The notes under the pieces are model-generated. The model was not told where the DNA came from. It did no database searches and was given only the letters and a program-made list of their open reading frames with translations. A stretch of 64,000 nt of DNA from Scenedesmus sp. PABB004. Lineage: Eukaryota. This document shows positions 50,422 to 61,795 of the stretch, one piece after another. Numbering within the stretch: position 1 is the stretch's first letter; each line of letters opens with the position of its first letter. The translations under genes and the position numbers were made by a program. The DNA lies in assembly GCA_014905635.1 (NCBI GenBank), contig JABVCE010000011.1:248001-312000 (forward strand), in the 5' to 3' direction.

Positions 50422-50931
50422 AATCTCACTCGGGGGCGGCCGGGGGATTGCTGCACGCCGGCGGCTGCACGCTCGACGCACTCGGCGCACGGCGATTCGA
50501 GCGCGCCGCGTTTCAGCGGAGCGGCGCAGGCGGCGCCGCGCACTTGCACACGAACCGTGCACCGTCAGGGCGGCCTGACCAGACGACCCCCCGCAGCGGC
50601 AGCCGCGACCGGCACGCGCGGCCGAGCAGCAGCCGCGGCAGCGGCCGCCGCCGCCTGGCGCGCAGTCGTTCAGCCGTGCCGGCCCGCCGACCCGTCGCTG
50701 TGGGACGACGACACGCCATCGCCTCACGGCCTCACGCCGTCGCGGCTCGCCGGCGGCGCGGCCTTGAGCACGCGATCGCCTCGGCAGGCGCTCCCGGCCG
50801 GGAGCCGGGCTCCACCGCGCGGTCGCTTCCTTTGAGGCCTCTGCACGTGCAGCAGCCGCAGCGTCAGACGCAGCCACAGGCGGCGGCAGCAGCAGCAGGC
50901 AGCAGCGGCGCCGCCGCTGCCCAGCTCGACC

Positions 50932-53036
50932 ATGGCGGCGGCCGTGGCGGACGGCCGCGATGGCGCCACGTTCGAGCTCACCGAGGTGGGCTGCGCGGGT
51001 CTGGCCAGCGGCGGGCGGCAGCTGCGGCAGCGCCGTGCGCGGCAGCTGCTGCTCGCCCTCGCGCGCCGCTCGCGCCCGCCGCGCGCCCGCCCACGCGGTG
51101 CGCCGCGCAGGCGAGCATGCGGGAGCGGGAGGAGCAGGAGAAGCTGCTGCGCGAGTTTGAGATGCGGCGGCGCATCCGCGGCACGGTCGTGCCGACGGAC
51201 GACGGCAAGGTCCGCGCGATGCTGCGCGCGCTCGGCGAGCCCATCACGCTGTTTGGCGAGAAGGAGGTGCGGCGGCGCCGCGCGGGGCGCGCGGCCGCGC
51301 GCGCGGGCAAGCGGCGCGGCGCGGCGCGGCGCGGGCGCCGACGAGCGCGGGGGCCGACGAGCGCGCGCCGCCTCCGCCGCCGCCGCAGATGGAGCGGCGC
51401 GAGCGCCTGCGCAAGGTCCTCGCGGAGCGCGAGGCGGCGGGCGAGGGCGCGCCGGACGGCGCGCCGCTCATCGGCCAGGTGCGCGCCGCCGGGCGCGCCC
51501 GCGCGCCCGCGCCGCCGCGCCGCCGCCGCCGCCGCCGCCGCCTGCGCGCCGCCCAGCAGCGCGCCGCGGCCCCCGCGGCCCCGCCCGCCGCCGCGCGCGC
51601 CCACACACAAACACAAACACACAAACACACACAAAACACACAAACACACACAAAACACACAAAACACACGCGCGCGCCCAGGTGGTGGTTGAGGAGGTGG
51701 TCATGCAGCGGGAGCTCTTCTACACAGAGGGCAGCGACGGCCTCGTCGCCGCGCGGCGCGCGATCGCCGCGTGGTCGCTCCCGCGCGCGGCGGCGCGGCT
51801 CGCCGACGCGCGCGCACGCGTCGGCGGCGGGCTCGAGACGCTCAGGGTGCGCGTGCGCGCGCGCGTTGCGGCGGCGGCGGCGCGGCTGCGCGTGGCTGCG
51901 CGCGGCTGCGCGCGGCTGCGCGGTGTGCCATGTCGGTGTGCGTGCGCGTGCGGCGTGTGCGGCGCGCGGCGGGGGGCGGGGACGACGACGTTATCCGCGC
52001 TTCTGAGGCTCGTCAGTGACGAAGCGATAACACAATGGTTGAATTTCTTGATCTGAGCCCGCGCCGCGCGTGCCTGGGGGGCGTGCCGCGCCTGCTGGCC
52101 GCCTGCGTGGCTGGGTGCTTGCACCGTCGCGTTGGCGCGGCTGCGCGGAGGGCTGACGCCGCTGACGCCGCTGACGCCGCGCCCGCGCGCCCGTGCCGCG
52201 CACGCGCCCGCAGGCGCTCGACGGCGCGCACGCGGCCTCCGAGTCGGCGGCGGCGCGGCTGGCGCAGATCTCGAGTGAGATTGGGGACGACCGGCCCATC
52301 CAGGGCGTGGCGTTCTCGCCGGACGGCGCGATGCTCGCGACGTGCGGCTGGGGCGGCAACGTCGCGCTGTGGACCGCCGACGCGTCGTGCCGGCGCGTGT
52401 GGGCGTTCCGCGGCGCGCCGGAGCGCCTCACCGGCGTCGCGTGGCACCCCGACGCCGCGCCGACGCCGCACCTGCAGGTGCAGGACGGCGGCGGCGACGG
52501 CGGCGACGGCATGCCGGGCCAGGAGGGCCCTGGCGCGGCCGACGGCGACGGTGGCGGCGTCGTCGCGCTCGCGACAGGCTGCGCCGACGGCACCGCCGCG
52601 CTGTGGACGGAGCGCGGCCGGCAGCTGCGGAAGCTGGAGGGCCACACGGACCGGCTCGGGCGCGTGGCGTTCCACCCCATGGGCCGCCACCTGGTGCGCC
52701 GCCCGCGCCGGCCGCGCTGCCGGCCGCCGGCCGCCTGCGCGCCGTGCTGGCGGCGCGGCGCGGCACCGCCGCAGCGCCCGCTGCCCTCGCTCGCCCACGC
52801 CCGCGCGCACGCGCCCTCACACGCGCGCGCGCCTGCGCCGCCGCCGCCGGCAGGCGACGGCGAGCTACGACATGACGTGGCGGCTGTGGGACGTGGAGAG
52901 CGGCAGCTGCCTCATGGAGCAGGAGGGGCACAGCCGCCAGGTCTACGCCGTCGCATTCCACCCGGACGGCTCGCTCGCCGGCTCAGTCGGCCTCGACGCC
53001 TATGGTGCGCGCGGCCGCGCCGACCGCCGACCCGAT

Positions 53037-53092
<56 letters not shown>

Positions 53093-53946
53093 ACTCTCTC
53101 TCTCTCTCTGTCACTCTCTCTCTCTCTCTGTCACTCTCTCTCTCTCTCTCTCTCCCTCTCTCTCCCTCTCTCCCTCTCTCTCTCCCCCTCTCTCTCTCTC
53201 TCTCTCTCTCTCCCCCCCCCTCAAAACTCTCTCTCATCCCCAAACTTCTTGCCCCGTGCTCGCGCAGGCCGCGTGTGGGACCTGCGCACGGGGCGCAGCG
53301 TGCTGGTGCTGGCGGGGCACGTGAAGCAGGTGCTGGCGATCGACTTTCACCCCGACGGCGTGCACGTGGCCACGGGCGGCGACGACCACCAGGTCAAGGT
53401 GCGACGCACGCACCCAGGACGGGCGGCGCCCTGGCGCAGCCGGGGGTGCGGCGAGCTGCGCTGCCGGGCGCGGCTAGCTGGGCGCCGCCGCCCGTCCTCC
53501 GGCGCCGCGCGGCGCGGCGGCGCGCGGCCCAGCCCGGCGCTGCCGAGCGGTGCGTGCCGCGCCGGCGCCGCGGCGCGCAGGTGTGGGACCTGCGGCAGCG
53601 CAAGGACATCTACACCATCCCCGCCCACTCGAGCCTCGTCAGCAGCGTGCGCTGGCAGCCCGGGAGCGGGCACACGCTGCTGACGGCGGGCTACGACTGC
53701 CGCGCAAAGCTCTGGAGCGCGCGCGACTGGCGCTGCCTCAAGGTGCTGAGCGGGCACGAGGGCAAGGTGATGGCCGCCGACCTCTGCCCCACTTTCACCG
53801 GGCGCGGCCCGCCGGCGCGCCCCGGCGGCGTCGGCCTCGGCGGCGCGTGGGAGGCGCTCGTGGGCAGCGTGAGCTACGACCGCACGATCAAGGTCTGGGC
53901 GCCCGAGGAGGAGCCGGCGGCCGGCGGCGACATGGAGCTCGCGTGA
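50932..53946 (+). CDS. PRPF4: U4/U6 snRNP WD40 protein Prp4
   Basis: SFM motif [49 protein letters not shown], and WD repeats ([56 protein letters not shown]). Confidence 0.96.
51601..51670. repeat. AC-rich microsatellite in PRP4 intron
   Basis: Imperfect (CA)/(ACAAAC) repeats. Confidence 0.8.
51976..52062 (+). ncRNA. Intronic box C/D snoRNA, U36a-like dual guide for LSU rRNA
   Basis: An AT-richer island in the long PRP4 intron. It has a terminal stem GCGGG/CCCGC, degenerate box C ACGACGA (51982), guide TTATCCGCGCTT + D' CTGA (52003), C' GTGACGA (52016), and guide TGGTTGAATTTCTT..+ D CTGA (52053). Both guides are antisense to the conserved LSU stretch GUGAAGAAAUUCAACCAAGCGCGGGUAA. Confidence 0.85.
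53041..53220. repeat. (CT)n microsatellite in PRP4 intron
   Basis: About 180 bp of CT repeat interrupted by GTCA and CC. Confidence 0.95.
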
Positions 53947-54236
53947 GCCGCGAGCGCGGCGCGGCGGCGCGCGTGTTGGCCCCGAGCGGCGGCGGCAACC
54001 GCCCAGCCCATTGCCCTCAGCACCTCACAGCCATCGCCCGCTGGCCTGCTGCGCCGCCCTGCCGGGGTCTGGCGCTTCAAGACCGCTGCCGCCGCTGCCG
54101 CCGCCCACGGCCGCGCGCCTCGCGCCGCCCCGCGCACAGCCCGCCCGCGCCCCCGCGCCACGGTCCCGCTTCATCCCGCCAGCGCACCGCCGCTCGCCCT
54201 CCCGCGGCCCCAGCGCGCCGCCGCAGCGCCGCGCAG

Positions 54237-56418
54237 ATGGCGTGCCCGCTGCTCGCGGCGCTGGCGGCGCTGAACGACGACGCCTGGTCGCAGGTGCTCG
54301 CGCCAAAGATGCTGGCGGACCGGGGCAGCGCCAGGGCCTTCGCGCTGGCCTGCAGGGAGGCGCGGCGCCTGGTGCACGGCAGCGTGGCGGCGCTCAAGCT
54401 GCGCGACGTCCGGCCCCTGCCCGGGCGCCCCGCCGACGACCACCGGCGTTGGCTGTCCACGCTGCACGAGCGCTTCGGCGCCTGCAGCCGCGTGACCTTC
54501 ACAATCGCCAGCTTTGACGACGCGGCGCTGCACCTGCCCGCGCTGCTGCCGGCGCTCGCGAGGTGGGCGAGGGCGCGGCGGCTGCGGCGCGCGGCGCGTC
54601 GCGGTCGTCTGTGCTCCGTGCGGCCCTGCAGCAGTTTGCGTGCCTGCCACGCGCCCGGGAGGGGCCGGGAGTGCCGCTGCTGACCCGCCGACCGCCCGCA
54701 GGCTGCCGCGGCTGGACGCGCTGCGCCTGGAGGCAGCAAACGGCAACCTCAGAGCGCCAGAGACCATGGCTCTGCTGCTGAGCACGGTGGGCGTCCAGCT
54801 GTCAGGCGTGCGGGCGCTGGAGCTGGAGCTGTGGGGCAGCAGCTTGGAGGGCAGCGGCGCGGCGTGGCTCGCGATCGGCCGCGGCGCGACGCAGCTGACG
54901 CGGCTGGCTGTGGAGTTCACTGGCGTGCAACGCATCACGCTGGAACACCACTCGTTGCTTTCCGCGCTGGGTGCCCTGGCGAGCCTCTCGCTGGCCGGGT
55001 TCTGCGTGACTGACGGCCGTCAGTCCTACGACTGGCTGGGCGGCCTGGCGCCGTCGCTCACGCAGCTGGAGCTGCCCCTGGTTCGTGACCGCGCCGGCCT
55101 GCCCGCCGTCGCCGCCTGCACGGGGCTGCGGTGCCTGGCCCTGGATGGCGCAAATGATCAATTGGGGCTGAGTGTGGCCGAGTGCGGCGCGCTGGCGCGG
55201 CTCGTCGCACTGACGCGGCTGGCCCTTCTTGGCTATGAGCAAGGCTCCGACCCGGCCCTGCTGGAGGTGGCGGTGGCGCTGCCGCGGCTGGCGGAGCTGC
55301 ACGTCGCCGGCCTGTCGCGCGCCTCGCTGCCGCACCTGGCGCGCATGACCGCCCTGACCAAGCTTGAGCGCTCGTGGATTTGGGACGACGCGGCCGCGGG
55401 CCTCGTGCCGGCGGCGTGCCCGTCTGTGGTGGAGCTGGTCGGCGTCGGCATCGTGCCGTGGGCGGCGTTCCCAGGGCTGCGAAGGGTGCGGTTTTGGGGC
55501 CGCATGGAGGCGCCGCACCTGCAGGCGCTGACGCAGCACTGCACTGCGATGACGGCGCTGCGCTTTGCCCGCGTGCACGGCAGCAACGCTGCGTGTGTGG
55601 CGGCGCTGCATGGCCTGGCCCGCCTGCCCGTGCTGCGCGAGCTGGACATGGACGCGTCTGCGTTTGACCACCTGGCAGTGCTGAGCGCGGCCACCCAGGT
55701 GACCTGCCTAGGGCTGAGGATTGTAGACAAAGGCGAGGTCCCTTTCACCGCGGCGAGCCTGTCAATGCTCGGGCGCATGGCCTCGCTGCGGGAGCTCATG
55801 GTGAGCTTCCCGCAGTGCAGCGGCGGTGCGCTCAAGCTTGCCCCAGGCGACGACGACGTGGCGGCGCTGCTGCTGCACCTGCAGCACGACAGGCGCGTCG
55901 AGCTGCACGGCGTGGGCGCCGAGGCCGAGGCGGCGCTGTTGTTGGCGCAGGCACGCGCCGACGCATGCGGCCTGCCGCGCCTGCCCCGCGGAGCTCGTCG
56001 TGGTGAAGTGAAGGCTGGCTGCTGGTTGGCGCGGCTCTTGCGTGCGCCACGGCTCTTGCGCGTGCCGCGTGCTGTGTCCGCCGCATGCTGTCGAGTTGAC
56101 CAGGTGGTTGTGGGCAGGGGCTGGCCTGCGCGCCGGAGGGCGCGGTCGGGGTGGCGCCGCTGCCATTCACTCCCCGCACCCCAGCAACAACCGCACGGGG
56201 CGCGCGCCGGCCACGAACCGCCCCTGTGCCCTGCGCCCTGCGCCGCCGTGGTTGCAGCGCGCCCCTCGCGCCTCCAGCCCGCACATCCCACCGGGCCCCC
56301 CGATCCGCCCCGGGCCGCCCTCGCGACGCCGCTCGGCCTCCCGCGCCCCCAGCGCGCCGCAGCAGCAGCAGGCACTCCGCAGCGGCCGCTGCCGCGCGGC
56401 TCTCCGCGGCTGCGGTGA
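54237..56418 (+). CDS. LRR family copy 3 (4-nt insertion at extreme 3' end extends the frame)
   Basis: Same start as copy 2; intron 54563-54701; intact LRR region. An extra CTGC at ~55981 bypasses the homologous ending PAELVVVK* (56011), so the frame runs on to 56418. Confidence 0.8.
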
Positions 56419-56425
56419 CGCGCGG

Positions 56426-57630
56426 ATGCTGATGGGATCGTCAGCTCTCGCCCAGCTCCGCGCACAGGCCTGCTGCGCCGCGCCGGGCCCGCGGCGGCGG
56501 CAGCAGCGGCACGCGCCGCGGGGCGCCGCGGGGCGCCTGCGCGCGGCGGGCGAGCGGGAGGGCGCGCCGGGCGAGCAGCAGCAGCGGAGGCTGTTTCCGC
56601 CCGCGCCCTGGGACGTGTGGTGAGCCGGGCCGGCGGGCGCTGCTGGTCGCCGCAGCCTGTCGCGGCCACTTCGGGCGTCAAGGCGGCCCTGACCGTCGAC
56701 TGCAGCCTGTCGCCGCGCTGACTGAGCGCTCGTGCGCACGGCCGCAGTCACGCGCCGACCCTGCCGCACGGCGCCGCACGCAGGGAGTTTGTGCTGGTCA
56801 CGGGAGGGGTGTGGGTCGTGAACCAGACCATCCCCGGCGTGCTGCTGCCGTCCGCGGCGGCCCTGCAAGCCGTGCCGGTGGCGGCGCTGCCCCGCGCGGA
56901 GCGGGTGCGCTCTGGCTGCCCCCGCGCGCTGGCCGCGCGCCACGCCGCCCCCGCGCCGGCCGCGCGCCGACGCCCCGCGGGCCGCGCGGCGCACGCAGGA
57001 GCTGCTCGACCTGGGGGCGCAGGTGCTGCAGTGCGGCAGCACGTGGGCGATCCTCGCGTCGGCGCGCGCGCGGCACGCGCCGCTGCCGGCGCCGTGGTTC
57101 TCGGCCCGGCTCGGCGCGCTACCCGCGCTGCAGGGCGTCGCCGCCGCGGTCACGGCGGTGGGCTCGGGCCTGCTGCTCGCGGGCGCGCTGACCGGCGGCC
57201 ACGTCGACGGCGCGGGTGCGGCTCGGAGGGAGGTGGCGGGGGGCCTGCGCCTGCGCCGGCGCGCGCACGCCGCCGCCGCCGCCGCCGCCGCGCAGAGGAG
57301 TGGCGGCACCTCGCGGGCCTGCGCGCCGGCGACGCCGGCACCGCGGCGGTCGTGCTCGGCGCGCTGCTCCTCGCGCCCACGCTGGAGGAGGTTTTCTTCC
57401 GGGGCTACGTGCTGCCCAGTCTCACCACGTGGACGCACCCCGCCGCAGCGACGGTGCTGTCGGCGCTGTTCTTCGCGAGCGCGCACCCCTCGGACGCGTT
57501 CGCGGCGGAGCTGCTGCTCGGCTGCGTGTTCGGCGCCGCGCTGCTCGCGGGCGACGGCAACCTGGCGGTCCCGCTGCTCGCGCACTCCCTGTACAACGCG
57601 TTTGTGCTCACCACCGAGGCGCTGCTGTGA
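56426..57630 (+). CDS. CAAX prenyl protease 2 / Abi (CPBP) family membrane protease, probably plastid-targeted
   Basis: Transit-peptide-like start, APWDVW, APTLEEVFFRG, SALFFASAH, AHSLYN. Three introns. Confidence 0.9.
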
Positions 57631-58209
57631 GGAGCGGAGCTGGTTTTGGAGCTGGTTGCGGCTCTGGGGCGCAGCCAGCCTGCGGCGGCCGTGCCACTGG
57701 CATTCCAGCGGCCGCCGCGGGGCAGTCACGGTGCCAGGGCCTTGAAAACCCTGCGGCCGCCCAGCCGCCGCGACGCTCCGCATCGTGCGCTCAGCTCGTG
57801 GACCGTCCACTCCGCTCGCCCAGCTCGAGCGTCCACGCACGCGCAGCGCGGTCGCTCCACGCCGCCGCCGGCAGCGGCTGCCGCCGCCGCCCTTCGCCCA
57901 GCCGCGCCTCCAGCCGCCGCTCGACCGGCTCCGCACCCAGGTCGCCAGTGCGAGGCGGCGGGAGCAGCGCAGCAGCCGGGCCCGCGCGGGGTCGACGCGA
58001 GAGGTGGGCGCATGCGCGGTGGTCGTGGCCGCCGTGCAGCTGTGGCGTGCCGTCGGCCACGTCAGGGATGCGCAGAAGCTCGTCGGTGCCGGCCGCGCAC
58101 GAGCCCATGGGGCTCCGTCCGCCCGCTCACGCCGCCGCCGCTGCTCGCCGGCCGCCGCCGCGCCGCGCCGCCGCCGCAGGCAGCAGCGCCGGCCGGGCGC
58201 CACTACCCG

Positions 58210-59497
58210 ATGCAGGCCAGCCTGGTCAGCGCTGGGCGCTGCCGCGCGGCGCAGCCGCAGCGGCCGCGGCCGCGGCGGCGGCAGGCGCCGCGCCGCCCGC
58301 TGCTGCCCTGCCGCGCGGCGCCGCCGAGCGGCGGCGGCGCGCCGCAGCAGACCGACGCGGAGCTTGAGCGGCTGCGGCAGCAGGGCGGGTACGGCTACGC
58401 GCCGCCGCGCGGCGGCGCCGCGCCGCCGCCGCCGCAGCAGGCGGCGCCGCAGCAGCAGCAGCCGTGGAGCTGGAACGCGCCGCCGCAGCAGCAGCAGGCG
58501 CAGCAGGTGCAGGGCCCCTGGGCGCCGCCGACCGACGCGCGGGGCGGCGGCGCCGGCCGCGGCGGCGGCGGCGGCGGCGCCGGCGGCGGCGGCGACGGCG
58601 GCGGCGGCCTCTCTGGCTACACCAAGGCCCTCATCGCCGCCGCGTTTGTGACCGGCCTCGGCGCGGGCGTCTACTTTGACGCGGAGATCAACCTCAGCCC
58701 CAACCAGGCGCGCGCGCGGGGCGCCCGCTCGCGCCGTGCAGACGCCGCCGCGCGTCCTCCTCCTCCGCCCGCCGCGCAGCGCCTGCCCGCCGCTGCGCAG
58801 CCCGCGCCCGCCGCGCGCGTCGGCGCCGCGCACGTCACCGCCACGCCCAATCGCCGCCGCGACCGCCGGTATCGCCGCCGCCTCGCCGCAGGTCGCGTCG
58901 ACGGAGATCATCGACCGCCGCACGCCCAACGCGGAGGTGTGCATGGCGTACGGCTACTCGGCGATGGTCTTTGACCAGCGCGTGTTTGTGACGTACAACC
59001 CGTTCAACCTGTACGTCACGCAGCCCGAGGTCAAGCCCGGCTGCATCCTGCGGCGGTCAAACTTCAACGTCCTGGAGCGCGAGAAGCTCGTGACAGACAA
59101 GCAGGCGCGGCGGCGGCGGCGGCGGCGGCGGGCGCGGGGCGGCGGCGGGGCGGCGGCGGGCGGCGGCGGCGGGGATGGGGCGCGGGCGCGCGGGGGCGGG
59201 GCGGGCGGGAGCGGGCGGGAGGGGGCGGGAGCGGGGAGTGGGGGCCGCGCCGCGCCCGGCGCCCGGCGCCGACGCGCGCACGCGCGCCGCCGCTGGCGCG
59301 GGCGCGCGCAGGTGGAGTCCTGCAAGAAGCGCATGAACACGTTTGGCTTTGTCGGCGACCTCGCGGCCGACCCCGAGGTCTCGTGCGTGTACCACAGCGA
59401 GGAGGCGGAGAACCAGTACCTGCTCAACCCCGAGAAGGCGCTCAACCTCGGCGAGGGCCCGCCCGCGCCCGCCAAGGCGCCCAAGCCGGGCGAGTGA
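58210..59497 (+). CDS. DUF3172-family plastid protein of cyanobacterial origin
   Basis: AFVTGLGAGVYF..NQ/VASTEIIDRRTPNAEVC..YGYSAMVFDQRVFVTYNPFNLYVTQP..KPGCILRRSN...CKKRMNTFGFVG. Both introns (58708-58891, 59105-59311) are GC-AG. Confidence 0.85.
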
Positions 59498-59881
59498 CCG
59501 GCGGCGGCGGCGTCACCAACCGGCGGGGCGGCGCGACCGGGGGACGTGTGCAGCGGCCGCCGCGGCGCGCTGGTGTAATCATGCTGCTTGCCGGGGAGTC
59601 GCGCGCGGGGGGGCGAGGGGCGTGCGCGCGCTGGGTTGGGGCGACCTGCGCGCGGCCCGCGAGCCAACCGGGCGGGAGTGCCGCCGCCGCCGCGGCACCT
59701 CACCCGCCGCTCCGCGAGCGCGCCCGCCAGCCTCCACCTCGGCTTCGCACATCGCACGCACCCACCCAGCCCGCCGCACAGCAACGAGCACGCAGCGCAG
59801 CAGCAGACACACCCGGCCGCCGGTCGGCGCGCACGCCCAGTCCGTGCAGACGTACCGACTGCACCCAGTGTGAACGGCTTT

Positions 59882-61795
59882 ATGGCGCCGCGCGCAGCGC
59901 TGGCGCTGGTCTGCGCGCTGCTGGTCGCGGGCCCCCTGTCCAACGCGGCCGCGCAGGCGGTGAGCGCAGCGTCGACAGCTGCCTGGGCGCCTGGCACGCC
60001 CGATCAGCGCGCCCGCGGTGCCTGCGCTGGCCGCCGGCGGTCGCGGCGAGTGCCATCGTCCCGTGCTTCGCAGCACGCGCGAGCGCGCCCCCCAGCCGCC
60101 GCCGCGCCAGCCGGGCGCCGCGGAACTCGAGCGCACTGCGCCCGCGCCACGCCGCGGCCGCCCAGGGCAGCGGCGCCGGGCCCAACGGCGCCGCCTCGCC
60201 CAACGCCGCCGCGTCGCAGACGGCCGGGCGCGGCCTGCTGCAGAGCTCGCCGTCCCCCAGCCCAGAGCCTGCGAGCCCCAGCCCTAGCCCAGGTGGGCTG
60301 CGGCAAGGCAATGGCGCGCGCCCTGGCCTCGGCGCGTTGGCTCACGCGCGCCGCCCGCGCTGGGGTGCAGAGCCGGCGAGCCCGTCGCCGTCACCCGAAC
60401 CCGCGAGCCCATCCCCGTCACCCGAGCCCGCCAGCCCGTCGCCGTCGCCCGAGCCGGCGAGCCCGTCGCCGTCGCCCGTGCCGGCGAGCCCGTCGCCGTC
60501 GCCCGAGCCGGCGAGCCCATCGCCGTCGCCCACGCCGGCGAGCCCCAGCCCTGGTGGGCCCCCGCGCGCAGGCGCAGCTCGGGCGCGCGCACGCCGCCCG
60601 CCCGCGCCGCCGCCGGCGCCGACGCCGCCGCGCGCCCGCCCGCCCGGCAGAGCCGGCGAGCCCCTCGCCGTCGCCCGCCAACGCGAGCAGCCCCAGCCCC
60701 AGCCCCGGCCCGGTGCCGCCCGTGGGGCAGGTCTGCTTTTACGATCGCGAGTGTGCCGGGCTCATGGAGACGTTCTCGCGCACCTGCGCACAGGTGTGCG
60801 CGCGCTGCTTCGTGTGCCGCCTGACCGATGCTGCGGGGCGGGCGCCGAGCCTCAGCTGGCTGCAGCAGGCGCGCCGCGCCGCCTCACCGCCGCCTCCGCG
60901 CGCACCCCGCCCTGCCTCGCCGCCGCCGATGCACAGGCGTTCTGCAGGAAGCCGGCAGCCAACAGGGCCGGGACCTGCCGCCTCTTCTTCAACGACGCCG
61001 GCAGCCGCTGCGCGCTGCCGGGGCCCCGGCGGGCGCGCGGGCGCTGCGACGGGCGCGGCTTCTGCAAGGCCTGCCTCGGCGACGCCGACTGCGGCCGCGA
61101 CACGCCGTTCTGCGCGGCGCTGTCGCCGGGCGCGTCGCGCTGCGTTGCGTGCACGGCGGTCGGCGGCGCCGACGCGGCGTGCCCGCTGGCGGCGCCCTTC
61201 TGCACGGCGGCCAACACCTGCGCGCAGTGCCTCGCGCGCGGCGCGCTCGACGCCGCCTGCCCGGCCGAGCGGCCGTTCTGCTCCAGCACCGGCACGTGCA
61301 TCGAGTGCGCCGCCCGCGGCGGCGCCGACCCCACCTGCCCGCCCGAGCGGCCGTTCTGCTCGCGCGCCAGCACGTGCGTGCCCTGCCTGCGCAACAGCGA
61401 CTGCCCGGCGCGGCCCTGCTCGACCGGCGTCTGCACGCGCGGCGCCAACACCTGCGCGTGAGTGGCTCGCGCGGCGGCATCACGCGCGCGCGGCACGGCC
61501 CCGCGCCGCGCCTCGCGGCTGCACGCGGCGCCCACCGACACCCACCCCGCCCTTCCCCTGCCCGCCCGCCCGCGTGCGCGCCAGGTACGTGCCCCGCCGC
61601 GCGGGCGCCAACTGCGTGAGCCTCGACGGCGTGCCCGGCCTCTGCGGCGGCGCGGTCGAGCCGCGGTGCTGCACGCTCGCCTCGGGCGGTCGCGGGGCCG
61701 TGTGCAGCGACAACAGCGAGTGCTGCAGCCGGCGCTGCCTGTTCTTCGGCGACCCGGCCACCACGGCGGGCCGCTGCGCCCCGCCCAAGGCGTGA
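59882..61795 (+). CDS. Secreted HRGP-like protein: (Ser-Pro) shaft plus Cys-rich repeat head
   Basis: Signal peptide MAPRAALALVCALLVAGPLSNAAAQA, RGLLQ, EPASPSPSP repeats, then CxxxxPFC...CxxC modules and a terminal CSDNSECCSRRC. Confidence 0.8.
   Translation: MAPRAALALVCALLVAGPLSNAAAQAVSAASTAAWAPGTPDQRARGACAGRRRSRRVPSSRASQHARARPPAAAAPAGRRGTRAHCARATPRPPRAAAPGPTAPPRPTPPRRRRPGAACCRARRPPAQSLRAPALAQVGCGKAMARALASARWLTRAARAGVQSRRARRRHPNPRAHPRHPSPPARRRRPSRRARRRRPCRRARRRRPSRRAHRRRPRRRAPALVGPRAQAQLGRAHAARPRRRRRRRRRAPARPAEPASPSPSPANASSPSPSPGPVPPVGQVCFYDRECAGLMETFSRTCAQVCARCFVCRLTDAAGRAPSLSWLQQARRAASPPPPRAPRPASPPPMHRRSAGSRQPTGPGPAASSSTTPAAAARCRGPGGRAGAATGAASARPASATPTAAATRRSARRCRRARRAALRARRSAAPTRRARWRRPSARRPTPARSASRAARSTPPARPSGRSAPAPARASSAPPAAAPTPPARPSGRSARAPARACPACATATARRGPARPASARAAPTPAREWLARRHHARAARPRAAPRGCTRRPPTPTPPFPCPPARVRARYVPRRAGANCVSLDGVPGLCGGAVEPRCCTLASGGRGAVCSDNSECCSRRCLFFGDPATTAGRCAPPKA
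60370..60552 (+). repeat. 27-bp coding tandem repeat (EPASPSPSP)
   Basis: About 7 units of GAGCCGGCGAGCCCGTCGCCGTCGCCC, with more copies in the flanking exons. Confidence 0.9.
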
